Below are positions 1-10,916 of a stretch of 64,000 nucleotides of DNA, piece by piece (position 1 is the stretch's first letter; every line of letters begins with the position of its first letter). This DNA comes from Candidatus Tepidifontimicrobium thermophilum (GTDB taxonomy: Bacteria; Sysuimicrobiota; Sysuimicrobiia; Sysuimicrobiales; Sysuimicrobiaceae), in contig JAVKHO010000015.1 in the NCBI GenBank assembly GCA_031459915.1, positions 11,099-75,098 on the forward strand, given 5' to 3'. The position numbers and the translations under genes are program-made. The notes beneath the pieces were generated by a model. It was given only the letters and a program-made list of their open reading frames with translations, ran no database searches and was not told where the DNA came from.

Positions 1-31
1 GGGTCAAGGTGTTGGTCACATACAGCGCCAC
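1..31 (-). CDS. cysS: 5' end of cysteine--tRNA ligase (runs off the window)
   Basis: GTG start reads MALYVTNTLT (CysS-like N-terminus xYNTLT); GGAGGAG RBS upstream; canonical position after ispF. Confidence 0.65.
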   Translation of the reverse strand, partial: MALYVTNTLT

Positions 32-56
32 CGGGCTCCTCCGCCAACCAGCGACT

Positions 57-548
57 TCACGCCTCCCACGGCTCCACCAGGGCCACCGCCAGGGCCGCCA
101 CGCCCTCCCCGCGGCCAAGCGCGCCCAACCCCTCCGGGGTGGTGGCCTTGAGCCCCACCGCGTCCACCTCCAGGCCCATCCGCGCGGCCAGGTTCTGCCG
201 CATGCGCGGCAACGAGTCCGCCAGGCGCGGCTCCTGCGCCACCACCACGCAGTCTACCTGCACCACCCGGAAGCCCCGGTCCCGGGCCTGCCGCAGCACC
301 TCCTCCAGCAGGTGCAGGCTGTCCGCGCCCTCGTACCGCGGGTCGTGGGAGGGAAACAGGGTCCCGATGTCCGGGAGGCCGCAGGCGCCCAGCACCGCGT
401 CCATTACCGCGTGGGTGAGGACGTCCGCGTCGCTGTGGCCGCCAAGCCCGCGCGGGTAGGGTATGGTGACCCCGCCCAGCACCAAAGGGCGCCCGGCCGT
501 GAAGGGGTGCACGTCGTACCCGATGCCCACCCTCAGCCTTCCCGCCAC
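57..548 (-). CDS. ispF: 2-C-methyl-D-erythritol 2,4-cyclodiphosphate synthase
   Basis: RVGIGYDVH, GHSDADVLTHA, DIGTLFP, KATTPEGLG motifs; overlaps ispD end. Confidence 0.95.
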   Translation of the reverse strand: MAGRLRVGIGYDVHPFTAGRPLVLGGVTIPYPRGLGGHSDADVLTHAVMDAVLGACGLPDIGTLFPSHDPRYEGADSLHLLEEVLRQARDRGFRVVQVDCVVVAQEPRLADSLPRMRQNLAARMGLEVDAVGLKATTPEGLGALGRGEGVAALAVALVEPWEA

Positions 549-1237
549 TGCAGCAGCGCCTCCGCCATCGCCAGGTCCTCCGGCGTGGTGATCTTGAGGT
601 TCTCCGGGCTGCCGGGGACCACCGCCACCGGGTGGCCCATCCGTTCCACGAGGGTCGCGTCGTCGGTGCCGTAGAACCCCTCCGCCCGCGCCCGGTCGTG
701 CGCAGCCACCAGCACCTCGTAACGGAAGCCCTGAGGGGTCTGCACGGCCCGCAGCTCGTCCCGGTTCAGGGTCTCCACCACGCGGTCGCCGTCCACCCGC
801 TTGATGGTGTCCCGCACGGGGACCGCGGGCACCGCGGCCCCGTGCTCTCGGGCCGCTGCCACCACCCGCTCGATGATGTCGCCGGTCACCAGCGGGCGGG
901 CACCGTCGTGGACCAGGACCAGCTCGCACGGGCCCACCGCCTGCAGCCCCAGCGCCACCGACTGCTGGCGCTTCAGCCCGCCCGCCACGACCCCGGAGAC
1001 TTTGCCCAGCCCGTACCGGCCCACCAGTTCCCGCACGCGGTCGATGGACGCCTCCGTGGCCACCACCACCACCTCGTCCACCAGCGGGCTGTGGTGGAAC
1101 GGCAGGATGGAACGCACGATGACGGGCACCTGATGGAGCGACAGCAGGACCTTCGGGGTACCCTGCCCCATGCGGGCGCTGCGCCCCGCCGCGGCGATGA
1201 TGGCCGCCACCCGCCCCCGTCTGGACCGGCCGCTCAC
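533..1237 (-). CDS. ispD: 2-C-methyl-D-erythritol 4-phosphate cytidylyltransferase
   Basis: AAAGRSARMG, VHDGARP, VQTPQGF, TDDA, NLKITTPED motifs. Confidence 0.95.
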   Translation of the reverse strand: MSGRSRRGRVAAIIAAAGRSARMGQGTPKVLLSLHQVPVIVRSILPFHHSPLVDEVVVVATEASIDRVRELVGRYGLGKVSGVVAGGLKRQQSVALGLQAVGPCELVLVHDGARPLVTGDIIERVVAAAREHGAAVPAVPVRDTIKRVDGDRVVETLNRDELRAVQTPQGFRYEVLVAAHDRARAEGFYGTDDATLVERMGHPVAVVPGSPENLKITTPEDLAMAEALLQWREG

Positions 1238-2319
1238 CTGGGGGACACCGCCCCGCCCGGGCCGCCGCGCCGCGCCGTGGATTCCTGCTTGGGCCTGGCG
1301 AACACCATGCGGCCCGCGGAGGTCTGCAGGACGCTGGTCACCACCGCCTCCACCGTGGTCCCCACCAGCGGCCTACCACCTTCCACCACGATCATGGTGC
1401 CGTCCTCCAGGTAGCCGACGCCCTGGCCCGGCTCCTTGCCCTCCCGCAGGAGCTGCACGGTCACCTCCTCCCCTGGCAGGACCACCGGCCGCAGGGCCGC
1501 GGCGAGGTCATTCAGGTTCAGTACCCGCACCCCCTGCAGCTGCGCGACGCGGTTCAGGTTGAAGTCCGTGGTGACCACGCTGGCCCGCGCGGCCCGGGCC
1601 ACCCGCACCACCCGCTCGTCCACCTCGCCCCCCACGTCGTCCTCCACGATCTGGACCGCCTGGGAGTCCTCCTGGAGCCGGTGCAGCACGTCCAACCCGC
1701 GCCGGCCCCGGGCCCGGCGTAGGGGGTCGGGCGAGTCCGCGATGGCCTGCAGCTCCCGCAGCACCGACCGCGGCACCAAGAACGGCCCTTCCAGGAACCC
1801 CGAACGTACCACGTCTGCGATCCGGCCATCGATGATGGCGCTGGTGTCCAGCACCTTGGCGGGACCCCGCGGCCTGCGGCGCTCCAGCAGGCCCGCCACC
1901 TCCTCCCGCCGCTGTAGGGCGAACTGAAGGCCCAGGTACCCGAACACCACCAGGGCCACGACCCTCAGGTAACCTCCGATCACCGGGATCCCGGACAGAA
2001 GGTAGCCCACCGCGGTGGCGACCAGCAGGCCCACCAGGGAGCCCGCGAGGGCGATCTCCACATCCCTCCACGGTACGCGTCCCAGCCGGACCAGCACCCG
2101 GCCCATCACCCGTACGAAGGCCTGCCAGGCAGGCGGCGCGAGGGTGGCTCCCAGGACCCCGCCCGCCACCGCGCCCGCCACTTCCGCGCCGACCCGCGGC
2201 CAGCCCCCGATGGGCACGAAGGGTGCCAGCGCCACCACCACCTGGACGCCCAGCGCCCCGCCCAGTACCGCCCCGGCCCAGGCCGCGGCTCGCCGCGCCG
2301 TCCGTCCCTCGGAACTCAT
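1234..2319 (-). CDS. PIN/TRAM domain membrane protein (YacL-like)
   Basis: N-terminal TM helices; KVLDTSAIIDGRI PIN motif; GKEPGQGVGYLEDGTMIVVE TRAM motif; lies between radA and ispD. Confidence 0.9.
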   Translation of the reverse strand: MSSEGRTARRAAAWAGAVLGGALGVQVVVALAPFVPIGGWPRVGAEVAGAVAGGVLGATLAPPAWQAFVRVMGRVLVRLGRVPWRDVEIALAGSLVGLLVATAVGYLLSGIPVIGGYLRVVALVVFGYLGLQFALQRREEVAGLLERRRPRGPAKVLDTSAIIDGRIADVVRSGFLEGPFLVPRSVLRELQAIADSPDPLRRARGRRGLDVLHRLQEDSQAVQIVEDDVGGEVDERVVRVARAARASVVTTDFNLNRVAQLQGVRVLNLNDLAAALRPVVLPGEEVTVQLLREGKEPGQGVGYLEDGTMIVVEGGRPLVGTTVEAVVTSVLQTSAGRMVFARPKQESTARRGGPGGAVSPR

Positions 2320-2375
2320 TTCGAGCCCAGTATAAGCTGGCCCCCGGACCGTGTCCGCGGCACAGGACCGGCAGC

Positions 2376-3710
2376 TTACCGCCAGGGCGCCAGCTCCAGG
2401 GCTTCCACCACCGTGCCGACCGGTACCACGTCCAGCCCTGAACTCTCCACGGCTCCGCCGCGCGGCACGAAGGCGCGCTCGAACCCGAGCTTGCGCGCCT
2501 CCGCCAGCCGGCGGGCCAGTTGCGGGACCGGACGCACCTCCCCAGCCAGCCCCAGCTCCCCGCAGAACACGGTGCGGCCGTCCAGGGCCAGGGTGCGGTA
2601 CGAGGAGGCGAGGGCCAGGGCAATCCCGAGGTCGGCGGCAGGTTCCTCCACCCTCACCCCGCCTGCGGCGTTCGCGTACACGTCCGCCTGTGAGAAGGCG
2701 AAGCCCGCGTGCTTTTCCAGCACCGCCACCAGCAGCAGCAGCCGGTTGTAGTCCACCCCTGAAGTGGCGCGGCGGGGTGTGCCGAAGGCCGAAGGAGCCA
2801 CCAGCGCCTGCACCTCCACCAGCAGGGGTCGGCTGCCCTCCAGGGTGCACACCACCGCCGCACCCGCCGCACCCGGAGGACGGTCGCCGAGAAACGCCGC
2901 AGACGGGTTCGGCACTTCCATCAGGCCGCCCGGTCCCATCTCGAACACGCCGATCTCGTTGGTGGAGCCGAACCGGTTCTTGGTGGCCCGGAGGATCCGG
3001 TACGCCTGGTGGCGGTCGCCTTCGAAGTACAGCACCGTGTCCACCAGGTGCTCCAGTACCTTCGGGCCCGCCAGCATCCCCTCCTTGGTCACGTGGCCGA
3101 CCAGGAGCACCGCAGTCCCCTCGGACTTCGCCAGCTGCAGCAGCGCCGCCGCGCACTCCCGGACCTGGCCCACGCTGCCGGGGGCGCTGGGCACGTCGGG
3201 CCGGTACACCGTCTGGATGCTGTCCACCACCACGAGGGCCGGATGCAGCTTCCGGACGGAACCCAGCACCGCGTCCAGGTCGGTCTCCGCCACCACCCAC
3301 ACGCCTCGCGACACGGCCCCCAGACGTTCGGCGCGCATCCGGGTCTGCTGCGCGGACTCCTCGCCGGCCACGTAAAGCACCGCGCGGCCGGCCTCGGCCA
3401 GCCGGAACGCGGCCTGCAGGGCTAGGGTGCTCTTCCCGATCCCGGGATCGCCGCCCACCAGGACGAGGGAGCCCGGGACGAACCCTCCTCCCAGCACGCG
3501 GTCCAGTTCTCCGATCCCCGTAGGCCAGCGCTCCTCGGGCAGCGGGGATACCTCCGGGAGCGGGGTGGGCTTCGCGGTGCGGGACGCAGCAGGCCTGCGG
3601 GGGACGTCCAACTCCTCCACTAAGCTGTTCCACGCGTCGCAGTTCGGGCACCGGCCCAGCCACCGCGGCGAGCGGTACCCGCACGACTGGCAGACGTAGG
3701 CCACCCTCAC
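2376..3710 (-). CDS. radA: DNA repair protein RadA/Sms
   Basis: CQSC..CPNC zinc finger, GDPGIGKS Walker A, KNRFG motif, Lon-like C-terminus. Confidence 0.96.
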   Translation of the reverse strand: MRVAYVCQSCGYRSPRWLGRCPNCDAWNSLVEELDVPRRPAASRTAKPTPLPEVSPLPEERWPTGIGELDRVLGGGFVPGSLVLVGGDPGIGKSTLALQAAFRLAEAGRAVLYVAGEESAQQTRMRAERLGAVSRGVWVVAETDLDAVLGSVRKLHPALVVVDSIQTVYRPDVPSAPGSVGQVRECAAALLQLAKSEGTAVLLVGHVTKEGMLAGPKVLEHLVDTVLYFEGDRHQAYRILRATKNRFGSTNEIGVFEMGPGGLMEVPNPSAAFLGDRPPGAAGAAVVCTLEGSRPLLVEVQALVAPSAFGTPRRATSGVDYNRLLLLVAVLEKHAGFAFSQADVYANAAGGVRVEEPAADLGIALALASSYRTLALDGRTVFCGELGLAGEVRPVPQLARRLAEARKLGFERAFVPRGGAVESSGLDVVPVGTVVEALELAPWR

Positions 3711-6391
3711 GCCTCCCTCCGCCGCCTCCCACACAGCTCCGCCGCTTCCACCACCACGGCTGCCACGAGCCCGGGCACCAGGCAGACCAACAGATCCACA
3801 GCCCCCAGGGGGTACGTGCGGAAGTAGGGCCGGAGGCCCGGGACGTACACCACCGCGGCCATCAGGACCGCCCCTAGGGCCACGGAGGCTGCCAGGGCCG
3901 GGTTGCCGGGGCCCGGCCGCCACATGGGCGTGGACGTGCGGATCGCGTACACGTTGAAGAACTGCGCCGCCCCCAGCGCCGCGAACACCACCGTCTGCCA
4001 GCCTGGGTGGCCCCGCTTCAGGAAATAGGCGCCGAGCGCCAGGGTCGCGGCGCCCATCAGCAGCCCCACCGCCACCACCTGCTGTAGGTGGCCCACGGCC
4101 AGCAGGGGCTCGTCGCGGCGACGCGGGGGCCGACGCATGACGTCCTCCTCCGGGGGCTCCACGCCCAGGGCCAGGGCGGGCGGCCCGTCGGTGACCAGGT
4201 TGATCCAGAGGACCTGCAGGGGGTAGAGGGGGAACGGGAGCCCAGCTACCAGAGCCCCCAGGACCGTCCACAGCTCCGCCACGTTGGTGGTGAACAGGTA
4301 GCGGACGAACTTCCGCACGTTGTCGAACACCACACGCCCCTCTTCCACCGCGGCCACCACGGTGGCGAAGTGGTCGTCCAGGAGCACCACCGCGGAGGCC
4401 TCCTTAGCCACCTCCGTGCCGCTCCCCATGGCCACCCCCACCTCCGCCCGACGCAGGGCGGGACCGTCGTTCACCCCGTCTCCGGTAACCGCCACCACCT
4501 CCCCCTGCGCCTGCAACGCCTCCACGAGAATCACCTTGTGCTCGGGCAGGACCCGGGCGAACACCGACACCTCCCGTACCACCCGCCGCAGCTGGTCCCC
4601 GGACAGGGCCTCAAGCTCGGGACCTGTGGCGACCCGCGCCCCGGAGGGGTCCACGATGCCGGCCTGCTGGGCCACCGCCAGGGCCGTGGTGGGGTGGTCG
4701 CCGGTGACCAGTACTACCCGGATGCCCGCCCGCCTGCAACGTGCCACGGCCTGCGGCACTTGCGGCCGCAGCGGGTCCTCCAGGGCCGCCAGCCCCAGCA
4801 GGACCAGCTCCCGCTCGGCCTGCTCCTCACCGGGCGGCAGCGTCGGGCAAAACCCGCACGCCAGGGCCAAAACGCGGAAGCCGCTTCGGGCCATCTCCTC
4901 CACCTGTTCGTCCACCTGCCGCAGCCACACCTCGCCCAACGGCTCCGCCCCGGCCCCCACCCAGACCTGCGTGCACCGGGGCAGCACCGCTTCCGGGGCG
5001 CCCTTCACCAGTACGAGGTATCGAGCGCCGCCCACTTCCCACAGCTTGTCCGGATGTTCCACCCCGTGCACGGTGGTCACGCGCTTTCGGGCGCTGTCGA
5101 AGGGCCACTCCCCCCGCCGCGGCAGCACGGCGTTCCACTCCCGCCTTCGAAAGCCCCACCCGAAGGCCGCGAGGGCCAGCGCCGCGTCCACGGGGTCCCC
5201 GGTCGTCCGTCCGTCCCCGTTTACTTCCGCGTCGCCGCACAGGCACGCCACCAGGGCCGCCAGGCGCGCGCTTTGCGGCAGCGGCTCTCCCGGCGCCACC
5301 GTCCCTACGGGGGTCCACAGGTGCACCAAGCGCAGACGGTTCTCCGTGAGGGTCCCGGTCTTGTCGGTGCAGATGACGGTTACGCTGCCGAGGGTCTCCA
5401 CCGCGGACAGCTTCCGGATCAGGACCCGCCGGCGGAGCATTCGCTGCGCCCCCAGGCTCAGGGCCACGGTCAGCACCGCGGGCAGCCCTTCCGGGACCGC
5501 GGCCACCGCCAGGCTCACCGCCATCAGCCACACCTGCCCGGCCTCCTCGCCCCGTGCGAATCCCAAAGCCGCCACCGCCAGCACCACGGCTCCCCCGGCC
5601 CCCGCGAGGATGCGGGCGAGGTGCTCCAGCCTGCGCTGCAGCGGCGTCGTCTCGGGTCGGGTGACGGCCACCAGGCGGGCGATGCGGCCCAGCTCCGTGG
5701 CCGGTCCCGTGGCGGTCACCACCGCCACGGCCCGGCCCGCGGTGACCACGGTCCCCGTGTACACCATGGTGCACCGCTCCGGCAGCGGTACGCCCGCTGC
5801 CAGCCGGGCGCCGGCGTCTTTGTCCACCGGGACAGATTCGCCCGTCAGCGCGGACTCGTCCACCCGTAACCCCACAGCCTCCACCAGCCGGCCGTCCGCC
5901 GGCACCCGGTCTCCCGCCTCCAGCAGAACCACGTCCCCCGGGACGAGCTCCCTGCTGCTCACTTCCCTGACCTGGCCCGCCCGCCTGACCCGGGCCCGGG
6001 GGACCACCAGACGCCGCAGCGCGGACATCGCCCGCTCCGCCCGGTACTCCTGCAGGAAACCCAGACCGGCGTTCAGCGCGACCACCGCGCCCACTGCCAC
6101 TGCCTCCTTGGCGTTGCCGAGCAGAAGGGAAACCGCCGCGGCACCAAGAAGAACCAGGACGAGCGCGCTTTGGAACTGCGCCCACAGGACCCGAAGCGGA
6201 CTCGGGCCGCCAGCCTCGGGCAGCGCGTTGGGCCCCAGGGAGCGGGCGCGCCGGCTGGCTTCGGCGGGGCTCAGTCCCTGCTGCAGGTCGGTGCCCAGCC
6301 GCAAGGCCACTTCCTCCGGCGGAAGCCCGTGCCAGGGTACCTCCCCGGCCGGGGTGCGGGTGTCTGGGGCGGGCCTTCGCACGTCCACCAT
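3707..6391 (-). CDS. cation-translocating P-type ATPase (PII, Ca2+-type)
   Basis: [34 protein letters not shown] motifs. Confidence 0.93.
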   Translation of the reverse strand: MVDVRRPAPDTRTPAGEVPWHGLPPEEVALRLGTDLQQGLSPAEASRRARSLGPNALPEAGGPSPLRVLWAQFQSALVLVLLGAAAVSLLLGNAKEAVAVGAVVALNAGLGFLQEYRAERAMSALRRLVVPRARVRRAGQVREVSSRELVPGDVVLLEAGDRVPADGRLVEAVGLRVDESALTGESVPVDKDAGARLAAGVPLPERCTMVYTGTVVTAGRAVAVVTATGPATELGRIARLVAVTRPETTPLQRRLEHLARILAGAGGAVVLAVAALGFARGEEAGQVWLMAVSLAVAAVPEGLPAVLTVALSLGAQRMLRRRVLIRKLSAVETLGSVTVICTDKTGTLTENRLRLVHLWTPVGTVAPGEPLPQSARLAALVACLCGDAEVNGDGRTTGDPVDAALALAAFGWGFRRREWNAVLPRRGEWPFDSARKRVTTVHGVEHPDKLWEVGGARYLVLVKGAPEAVLPRCTQVWVGAGAEPLGEVWLRQVDEQVEEMARSGFRVLALACGFCPTLPPGEEQAERELVLLGLAALEDPLRPQVPQAVARCRRAGIRVVLVTGDHPTTALAVAQQAGIVDPSGARVATGPELEALSGDQLRRVVREVSVFARVLPEHKVILVEALQAQGEVVAVTGDGVNDGPALRRAEVGVAMGSGTEVAKEASAVVLLDDHFATVVAAVEEGRVVFDNVRKFVRYLFTTNVAELWTVLGALVAGLPFPLYPLQVLWINLVTDGPPALALGVEPPEEDVMRRPPRRRDEPLLAVGHLQQVVAVGLLMGAATLALGAYFLKRGHPGWQTVVFAALGAAQFFNVYAIRTSTPMWRPGPGNPALAASVALGAVLMAAVVYVPGLRPYFRTYPLGAVDLLVCLVPGLVAAVVVEAAELCGRRRREA

Positions 6392-6440
6392 GGTACCGTG
6401 GGCGCGCGGTCCGTAGGTCCGGCACTGAAAGGAGGTACAG

Positions 6441-7325
6441 GTGGAGCGCAAGGTGCAACGCATCCTGGCGCCGACGGACTTCTCGCCTGCCTCTGAGTCC
6501 TCGGCCCGGTGGGCTGCGTGGCTGGCACAGCGCTTCGGCGCCACGGTGACCTTCCTGCACGCCCTGGAGGCGGAGTGGTGGGCACTCCCGGAAGAGCTGG
6601 TCACGCGGGCGCCCGGCGCCCGGGAGCTCCGGCAAGCTGCCGGCCGCTGGGCGGCAGAGGAGCTGGACCGATGGGCCCAGCGGTTCGAGGGCGGTGAGGC
6701 CGTGGTGCTGGAGGGCTCGCCCCGCGACGTGATCCTGCGGGCCTGCCACGAGCTGAAACCCGACCTGGTGTGTATGGGGACCCACGGTCGCACCGGCGTG
6801 GTGCGCGCGTTTTTCGGGAGCGTGGCCGAACACGTGGCCCGCACCAGCCCCGTTCCGGTCCTCACCGTGCGGCCCGGGCGCGACCCGCGCGTGCAGCGGG
6901 TGCTGGCCGCCACGGACTTCTCCGCGCCGGCACTCGCGGCGGTAGAGTGGGCGCGGACTGTGGCGGCCGCATGCGGTGCCGAACTGGTCCTCCTGCACGT
7001 GGTGGAGCTGGACCCGGAAACCTTCGCCGGGGTCCCCAGAGAGATCATGGCCCCCGCGGTGGGCGAGCGGATCCGTGCCTACCTGGAGGATCGGGCCACG
7101 CAGAGGCTTCGGGCCCTGGCCCGGGAGGGTGAACGGACGGAGGTGCGCCTGGGAGCCGCAGGCAACACGGTGGTGCGGGCAGCGGAAGAGTTGGAGGTCG
7201 ACCTGGTCTGCACGGGCACCCGCGGGCAGACAGGGCTCGCCCACCTCTTGCTCGGCAGCGTGGCGGAGTGCGTGCTGCGGCGCAGCCCGATCCCCGTGCT
7301 CACCTGCCACGCCCCACCCCGGTAG
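6441..7325 (+). CDS. tandem-domain universal stress protein
   Basis: two USP domains (ILAPTDFS...GTHGRTG..FGSVAE; VLAATDFS...LLGSVAE); GGAGG RBS. Confidence 0.92.
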   Translation: MERKVQRILAPTDFSPASESSARWAAWLAQRFGATVTFLHALEAEWWALPEELVTRAPGARELRQAAGRWAAEELDRWAQRFEGGEAVVLEGSPRDVILRACHELKPDLVCMGTHGRTGVVRAFFGSVAEHVARTSPVPVLTVRPGRDPRVQRVLAATDFSAPALAAVEWARTVAAACGAELVLLHVVELDPETFAGVPREIMAPAVGERIRAYLEDRATQRLRALAREGERTEVRLGAAGNTVVRAAEELEVDLVCTGTRGQTGLAHLLLGSVAECVLRRSPIPVLTCHAPPR

Positions 7326-7374
7326 GACGCGGGCCGACCTGAAGCCGGTCCTGCGGACACGCGGCCCGAACGCT

Positions 7375-7695
7375 TCAGCCCCTACGGACCTCCCACAGGC
7401 CCGGGAGGTGGGCGACGCGGGTCCAGCCCTCCCCCCGGCGTACGGGCTCCACCTTCAGGCCGTCGAAGTAGTGATCCAGCACCGCCTCCCGCTCCATGGC
7501 CAGCGGCGGGCTGCAGTAGTCCTCCTCTTCCCAGACCGCCTCCCCCGTGGCGGGGTCCAGCTTCGCGCCCTCCAGAGCTTTCGTGAGCGCCCGGCCGAAC
7601 GGCCGCATCCGCAGGAACTCCCCGGCGGAAAGCCTGCGCGCCAGCTCCGCCATGCGTCCTTCCCGCGGCCTTGCCCGAACCAGGTAATAGGCCAC
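7375..7695 (-). CDS. hypothetical small protein (106 aa)
   Basis: GTG start with GGGGGTG upstream; protein-like sequence with WEEEDYCSPPL motif; fills the gap between neighbours. Confidence 0.7.
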   Translation of the reverse strand: MAYYLVRARPREGRMAELARRLSAGEFLRMRPFGRALTKALEGAKLDPATGEAVWEEEDYCSPPLAMEREAVLDHYFDGLKVEPVRRGEGWTRVAHLPGLWEVRRG

Positions 7696-7806
7696 GCTCT
7701 CACCCCCGCTTGAGGAGGTTCGACGCCCGCGGGCCTCCGCCTGCGCGGAGACGGGAGGGAGCAGCCGAGACGTCCCTGAACTGAACTGGGGGAGGAGGGC
7801 TCGGCG

Positions 7807-8718
7807 GTGCAGGAACTGGTTCAGCTGGCGGAAGGCTGCGGATACCTGCCCGGCGGCGTCAACGCGGGCGTGGTGTGGGCCCCGGACGGCCGTGCGGTGG
7901 CGGTGGACACGGGAGGGGACCGGGAAGCGGGCCGCAACCTGCTCCGGGCGGTGCAGGCACGGGGGCTCCGGCTGGTGGCGGTGGTGAACACCCACTCCCA
8001 CGCGGACCACTACGGTGGCAACGACTACCTGCTGCGGCAGGTGCCGCACCTGGAGGTCTGGGCGCCGGTCTTCGAGGAAGCGGTGCTGCGTAACCCCTAC
8101 CTGGAGCCCTTCTACCTGTACGGCGCGCGTCCGCCCGAGGCGCTCCAGAACAAGTGGCTCATGGCCAAGCCCTCTGCGGTCCACCACGTGTACCCAACCG
8201 GGGACGGCGAACTCCAGGTGGCCGGTCTCATGCTGCGGGTGCACCGGGCAGACGGGCATGCTACCCGCCAGGCGGCGGTGGGGTTCGGGCCCGTGTGCTA
8301 CGCCGCGGACAGCTTCTTCGGCCCAGAGGTGCTGGAGAAGTACGAGGTCCCCTTCACCCACGACGTGGCGGGCCAGCTGGACACCCTGGAACGCCTGCGC
8401 GGCTGGCCGTACGAGTGGTTCGTACCGGGCCACGGGGCGCCTGTGGGACGTCCAGACCTTGCCCGGGTGCTGGACGCCAACGTCCGCGCGGTTCGGCAGG
8501 CCACGGAACGAGTGCGCCGGGCGGTGGGCTCCGGCGCGACCGCGGACGAGGTGGTCCACCGGGTAGCCGAACAACTCCGCCTTCCTCCCACCAACCCTTC
8601 CACCTACTTCCTGCTGCGCGCCACGGTGATGGCCCACCTCACCTACCTGCTGGAGGCAGGACAGCTGAGCTGGGTCCTGGACAGGGGCGCCCTCCGCTGG
8701 CTTCCCGCGGCGGACTAG
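7807..8718 (+). CDS. MBL-fold metallo-hydrolase
   Basis: [15 protein letters not shown] motifs; GGAGGAGG RBS. Confidence 0.88.
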   Translation: MQELVQLAEGCGYLPGGVNAGVVWAPDGRAVAVDTGGDREAGRNLLRAVQARGLRLVAVVNTHSHADHYGGNDYLLRQVPHLEVWAPVFEEAVLRNPYLEPFYLYGARPPEALQNKWLMAKPSAVHHVYPTGDGELQVAGLMLRVHRADGHATRQAAVGFGPVCYAADSFFGPEVLEKYEVPFTHDVAGQLDTLERLRGWPYEWFVPGHGAPVGRPDLARVLDANVRAVRQATERVRRAVGSGATADEVVHRVAEQLRLPPTNPSTYFLLRATVMAHLTYLLEAGQLSWVLDRGALRWLPAAD

Positions 8719-8729
8719 CCCGACGCCCT

Positions 8730-8758
8730 TTGACAGCGCGCTCGTGGCGTGATACGCT
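8730..8758 (+). promoter_or_regulatory. sigma70-type promoter of csp
   Basis: TTGACA-17 nt-TACGCT with extended -10 TG. Confidence 0.7.
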
Positions 8759-8822
8759 CGGCCGGAGCCCTCGCCCGGGCGGGAAGCTCAAAATCTACGG
8801 CAAGGCCGAAAGGAGCAAGGGA

Positions 8823-9023
8823 ATGGCAGTCGGCACGGTCAAGTGGTTCAACGCGGAGAAGGGCTACGGCTTCATCTCCGTGGACGGCGGCAAGGACGTG
8901 TTCGTCCACTACACCGCCATCAGCATGGACGGCTACCGCACCCTCCAGGAGGGTCAGCGGGTGCAGTTCGACATCGTGGACGGCCGGAAGGGTCCGCAGG
9001 CGGCGAACGTCAAGCCTCTGTAG
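8823..9023 (+). CDS. cspA: cold-shock protein
   Basis: [24 protein letters not shown] motifs; 66 aa. Confidence 0.96.
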   Translation: MAVGTVKWFNAEKGYGFISVDGGKDVFVHYTAISMDGYRTLQEGQRVQFDIVDGRKGPQAANVKPL

Positions 9024-9045
9024 GCCCGACGGATTCGGACGTGTG

Positions 9046-9069
9046 CAGGGGCCCCGGTCGGGGCCCCTG
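9046..9069 (+). terminator. hairpin after csp (probable terminator)
   Basis: CAGGGGCCCC-GGTC-GGGGCCCCTG stem; weak U-tract. Confidence 0.5.
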
Positions 9070-9113
9070 TCCTTCCCCGGCAAGCACGGAACGCAGTTCT
9101 GCTGCGGACCCCC

Positions 9114-9377
9114 ATGATCCCGCTGGCTGAGCTCGTCAACGACGCCTTCTACCTCTACAGCCTGGTCCTCCTCGCGCGGGTGCTCTCCAGCTGGATCCCC
9201 GGACTCGACCCGCGGACCCCCGCGGTGCAGCTGCTCGTCACCCTCACGGAACCCGTGCTGGCGCCCCTCCGGCGGGCACTCCCACCAGTCGGCGGGCTGG
9301 ACCTCTCCCCCGTGGTGGCGTTCGTCCTGCTGGAGGTAGTCCGGCGGTTGGTGGTGGCCTTCCTGGCCGGCCTGTAG
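9114..9377 (+). CDS. YggT family membrane protein
   Basis: RVLSSW, LTEPVLAPLRR, GGLDLSP motifs. Confidence 0.9.
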   Translation: MIPLAELVNDAFYLYSLVLLARVLSSWIPGLDPRTPAVQLLVTLTEPVLAPLRRALPPVGGLDLSPVVAFVLLEVVRRLVVAFLAGL

Positions 9378-9414
9378 CTTCCGCGCAGGAACTCGCCCGG
9401 CTGGCTTCCCCCGC

Positions 9415-10308
9415 TTACAGCAACAGCGACAGGATGACGCTCACCGTGGCGAAGCTGGCCAGGGTGGTGGTGAACACCGCGCTGGCCACGAACCGGGGGT
9501 CGCAGTCGAACTCGGACGCGAACAGGAAGGTGTTCACCGCGGCCGGCATGGCCGCCACCAGCACGAACACCTGCCGCCCCACGCCCTCCAGGCCCAGCAG
9601 GGAAGCGAACCCTGCCGCCAGAAGCGGCGAAGCCACCAGCCGCAGCGCGGCCGCAGCCACCAGCTCCCCGGAAGCGTGTACGCCTCCGCCCTGGGCCAGC
9701 TGGATCCCCAGGGTCACCACCAGCAGGGGGATGGCTCCCGAGGCCAGAATGGCCACCGTACGGTCCAGCCACTCGGGGACGTTCCAGCCGGTAGCCACCA
9801 CCCCCAGGGCCAGCACCACCGCGTAGACCAGGGGCAGGCGCAGCATGTCCGCCACCGCACGCCTCAGACCGCCCCGGCTCCCCCAGGCGGCGGTGACCCC
9901 GGCGGTGAAGTTCCCCAGGGTGGCGTTCACCACGAACACCAGGGTGGCAGCCTGGAAGCCCGGCTGCCCGAAGGCGAACAGGGACACCGGCAGCCCGTAG
10001 TTGCCCGCGTTGTAGTGGAAGGTCGGCAGCACGAAGGCGGCCCGCCGGGCACCCCGCAGGCCCAGCACCGCCGAGACCGCCAGGCCGAGCAGCACCATGG
10101 CCACGAGGTGGACCACGCACGCGGCCAGCAGACGGGGTGCTGTGCCTGAGGTGAGCGGCGAGCGGGTGAGGGACTGGAAGATCAGGGCCGGCGCGAACAG
10201 GTACATGGAGACGGGCGCCAGGGAGGAGACCTCCACCGGCCGGTAGCGCCCCAGCAGGTAGCCGGTGAGCACCAGGAGGAGCACGGGGCCGACGACGTTC
10301 AGCAACAC
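9415..10308 (-). CDS. AEC family (auxin efflux carrier) transporter
   Basis: about 10 TM helices; NAGNYGLP and MPAAVN motifs. Confidence 0.88.
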   Translation of the reverse strand: MLLNVVGPVLLLVLTGYLLGRYRPVEVSSLAPVSMYLFAPALIFQSLTRSPLTSGTAPRLLAACVVHLVAMVLLGLAVSAVLGLRGARRAAFVLPTFHYNAGNYGLPVSLFAFGQPGFQAATLVFVVNATLGNFTAGVTAAWGSRGGLRRAVADMLRLPLVYAVVLALGVVATGWNVPEWLDRTVAILASGAIPLLVVTLGIQLAQGGGVHASGELVAAAALRLVASPLLAAGFASLLGLEGVGRQVFVLVAAMPAAVNTFLFASEFDCDPRFVASAVFTTTLASFATVSVILSLLL

Positions 10309-10445
10309 GGCCGCCGCACCCTAAGCCCCGCGTCCCGGACATCCCCCGGGCGCCGTGCCGTGAGTCCCGCCACGCCACCCAGGCGGTACCGGGCACGGCT
10401 TGCGGGTGTCCCGTTGGGTCGGCCGGCCACGCTCCGTGGGGCGGG

Positions 10446-10916
10446 CTACCGGCGGGGCCGTCCTGCGGCGGCCTTGCGCTTGGGGCGCGGCCGGGCCACG
10501 GGCGCCGCCGCTTTCGGGAGCCGCTCCTCCTCCCACGTCACGATGCTGTGGAAGTACATCCGGTCTCCCTCGTCCAGGCCCCGGGTCACTTCCGTGATGT
10601 GGACGTTCTTGGCCCCGAACTCCCCGAGGGCGTACTCCACCGCCGCCTCGGGCTTCGCCTCCTCGCCGCAGGTGTAGATGTCCAGGGCCACGTACCCCGT
10701 CTCCGGCCAGGTGTGCACGGACAGGTGGGATTCCGAGATGACCACCACGCCGCTCACGCCCACGGGGGAGAAGCGGTGGAAGGAGATGGCCCAGATCTGC
10801 ACGCCCGCCACCTCCGCCGCGCGGGTGAGGATCTGCTCCACCCGTTCCACCTTGCTGATGACCTCCGGGTCGCACCCCGAGGCTTCCACGATGTAGTGGT
10901 GTCCCACCGTGTCCAT
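10446..10916 (-). CDS. speD: pyruvoyl-dependent S-adenosylmethionine decarboxylase proenzyme
   Basis: FSPVGVSGVVVISESHLSVHTWPE with ES cleavage site; DIYTCG. Confidence 0.88.
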   Translation of the reverse strand: MDTVGHHYIVEASGCDPEVISKVERVEQILTRAAEVAGVQIWAISFHRFSPVGVSGVVVISESHLSVHTWPETGYVALDIYTCGEEAKPEAAVEYALGEFGAKNVHITEVTRGLDEGDRMYFHSIVTWEEERLPKAAAPVARPRPKRKAAAGRPRR

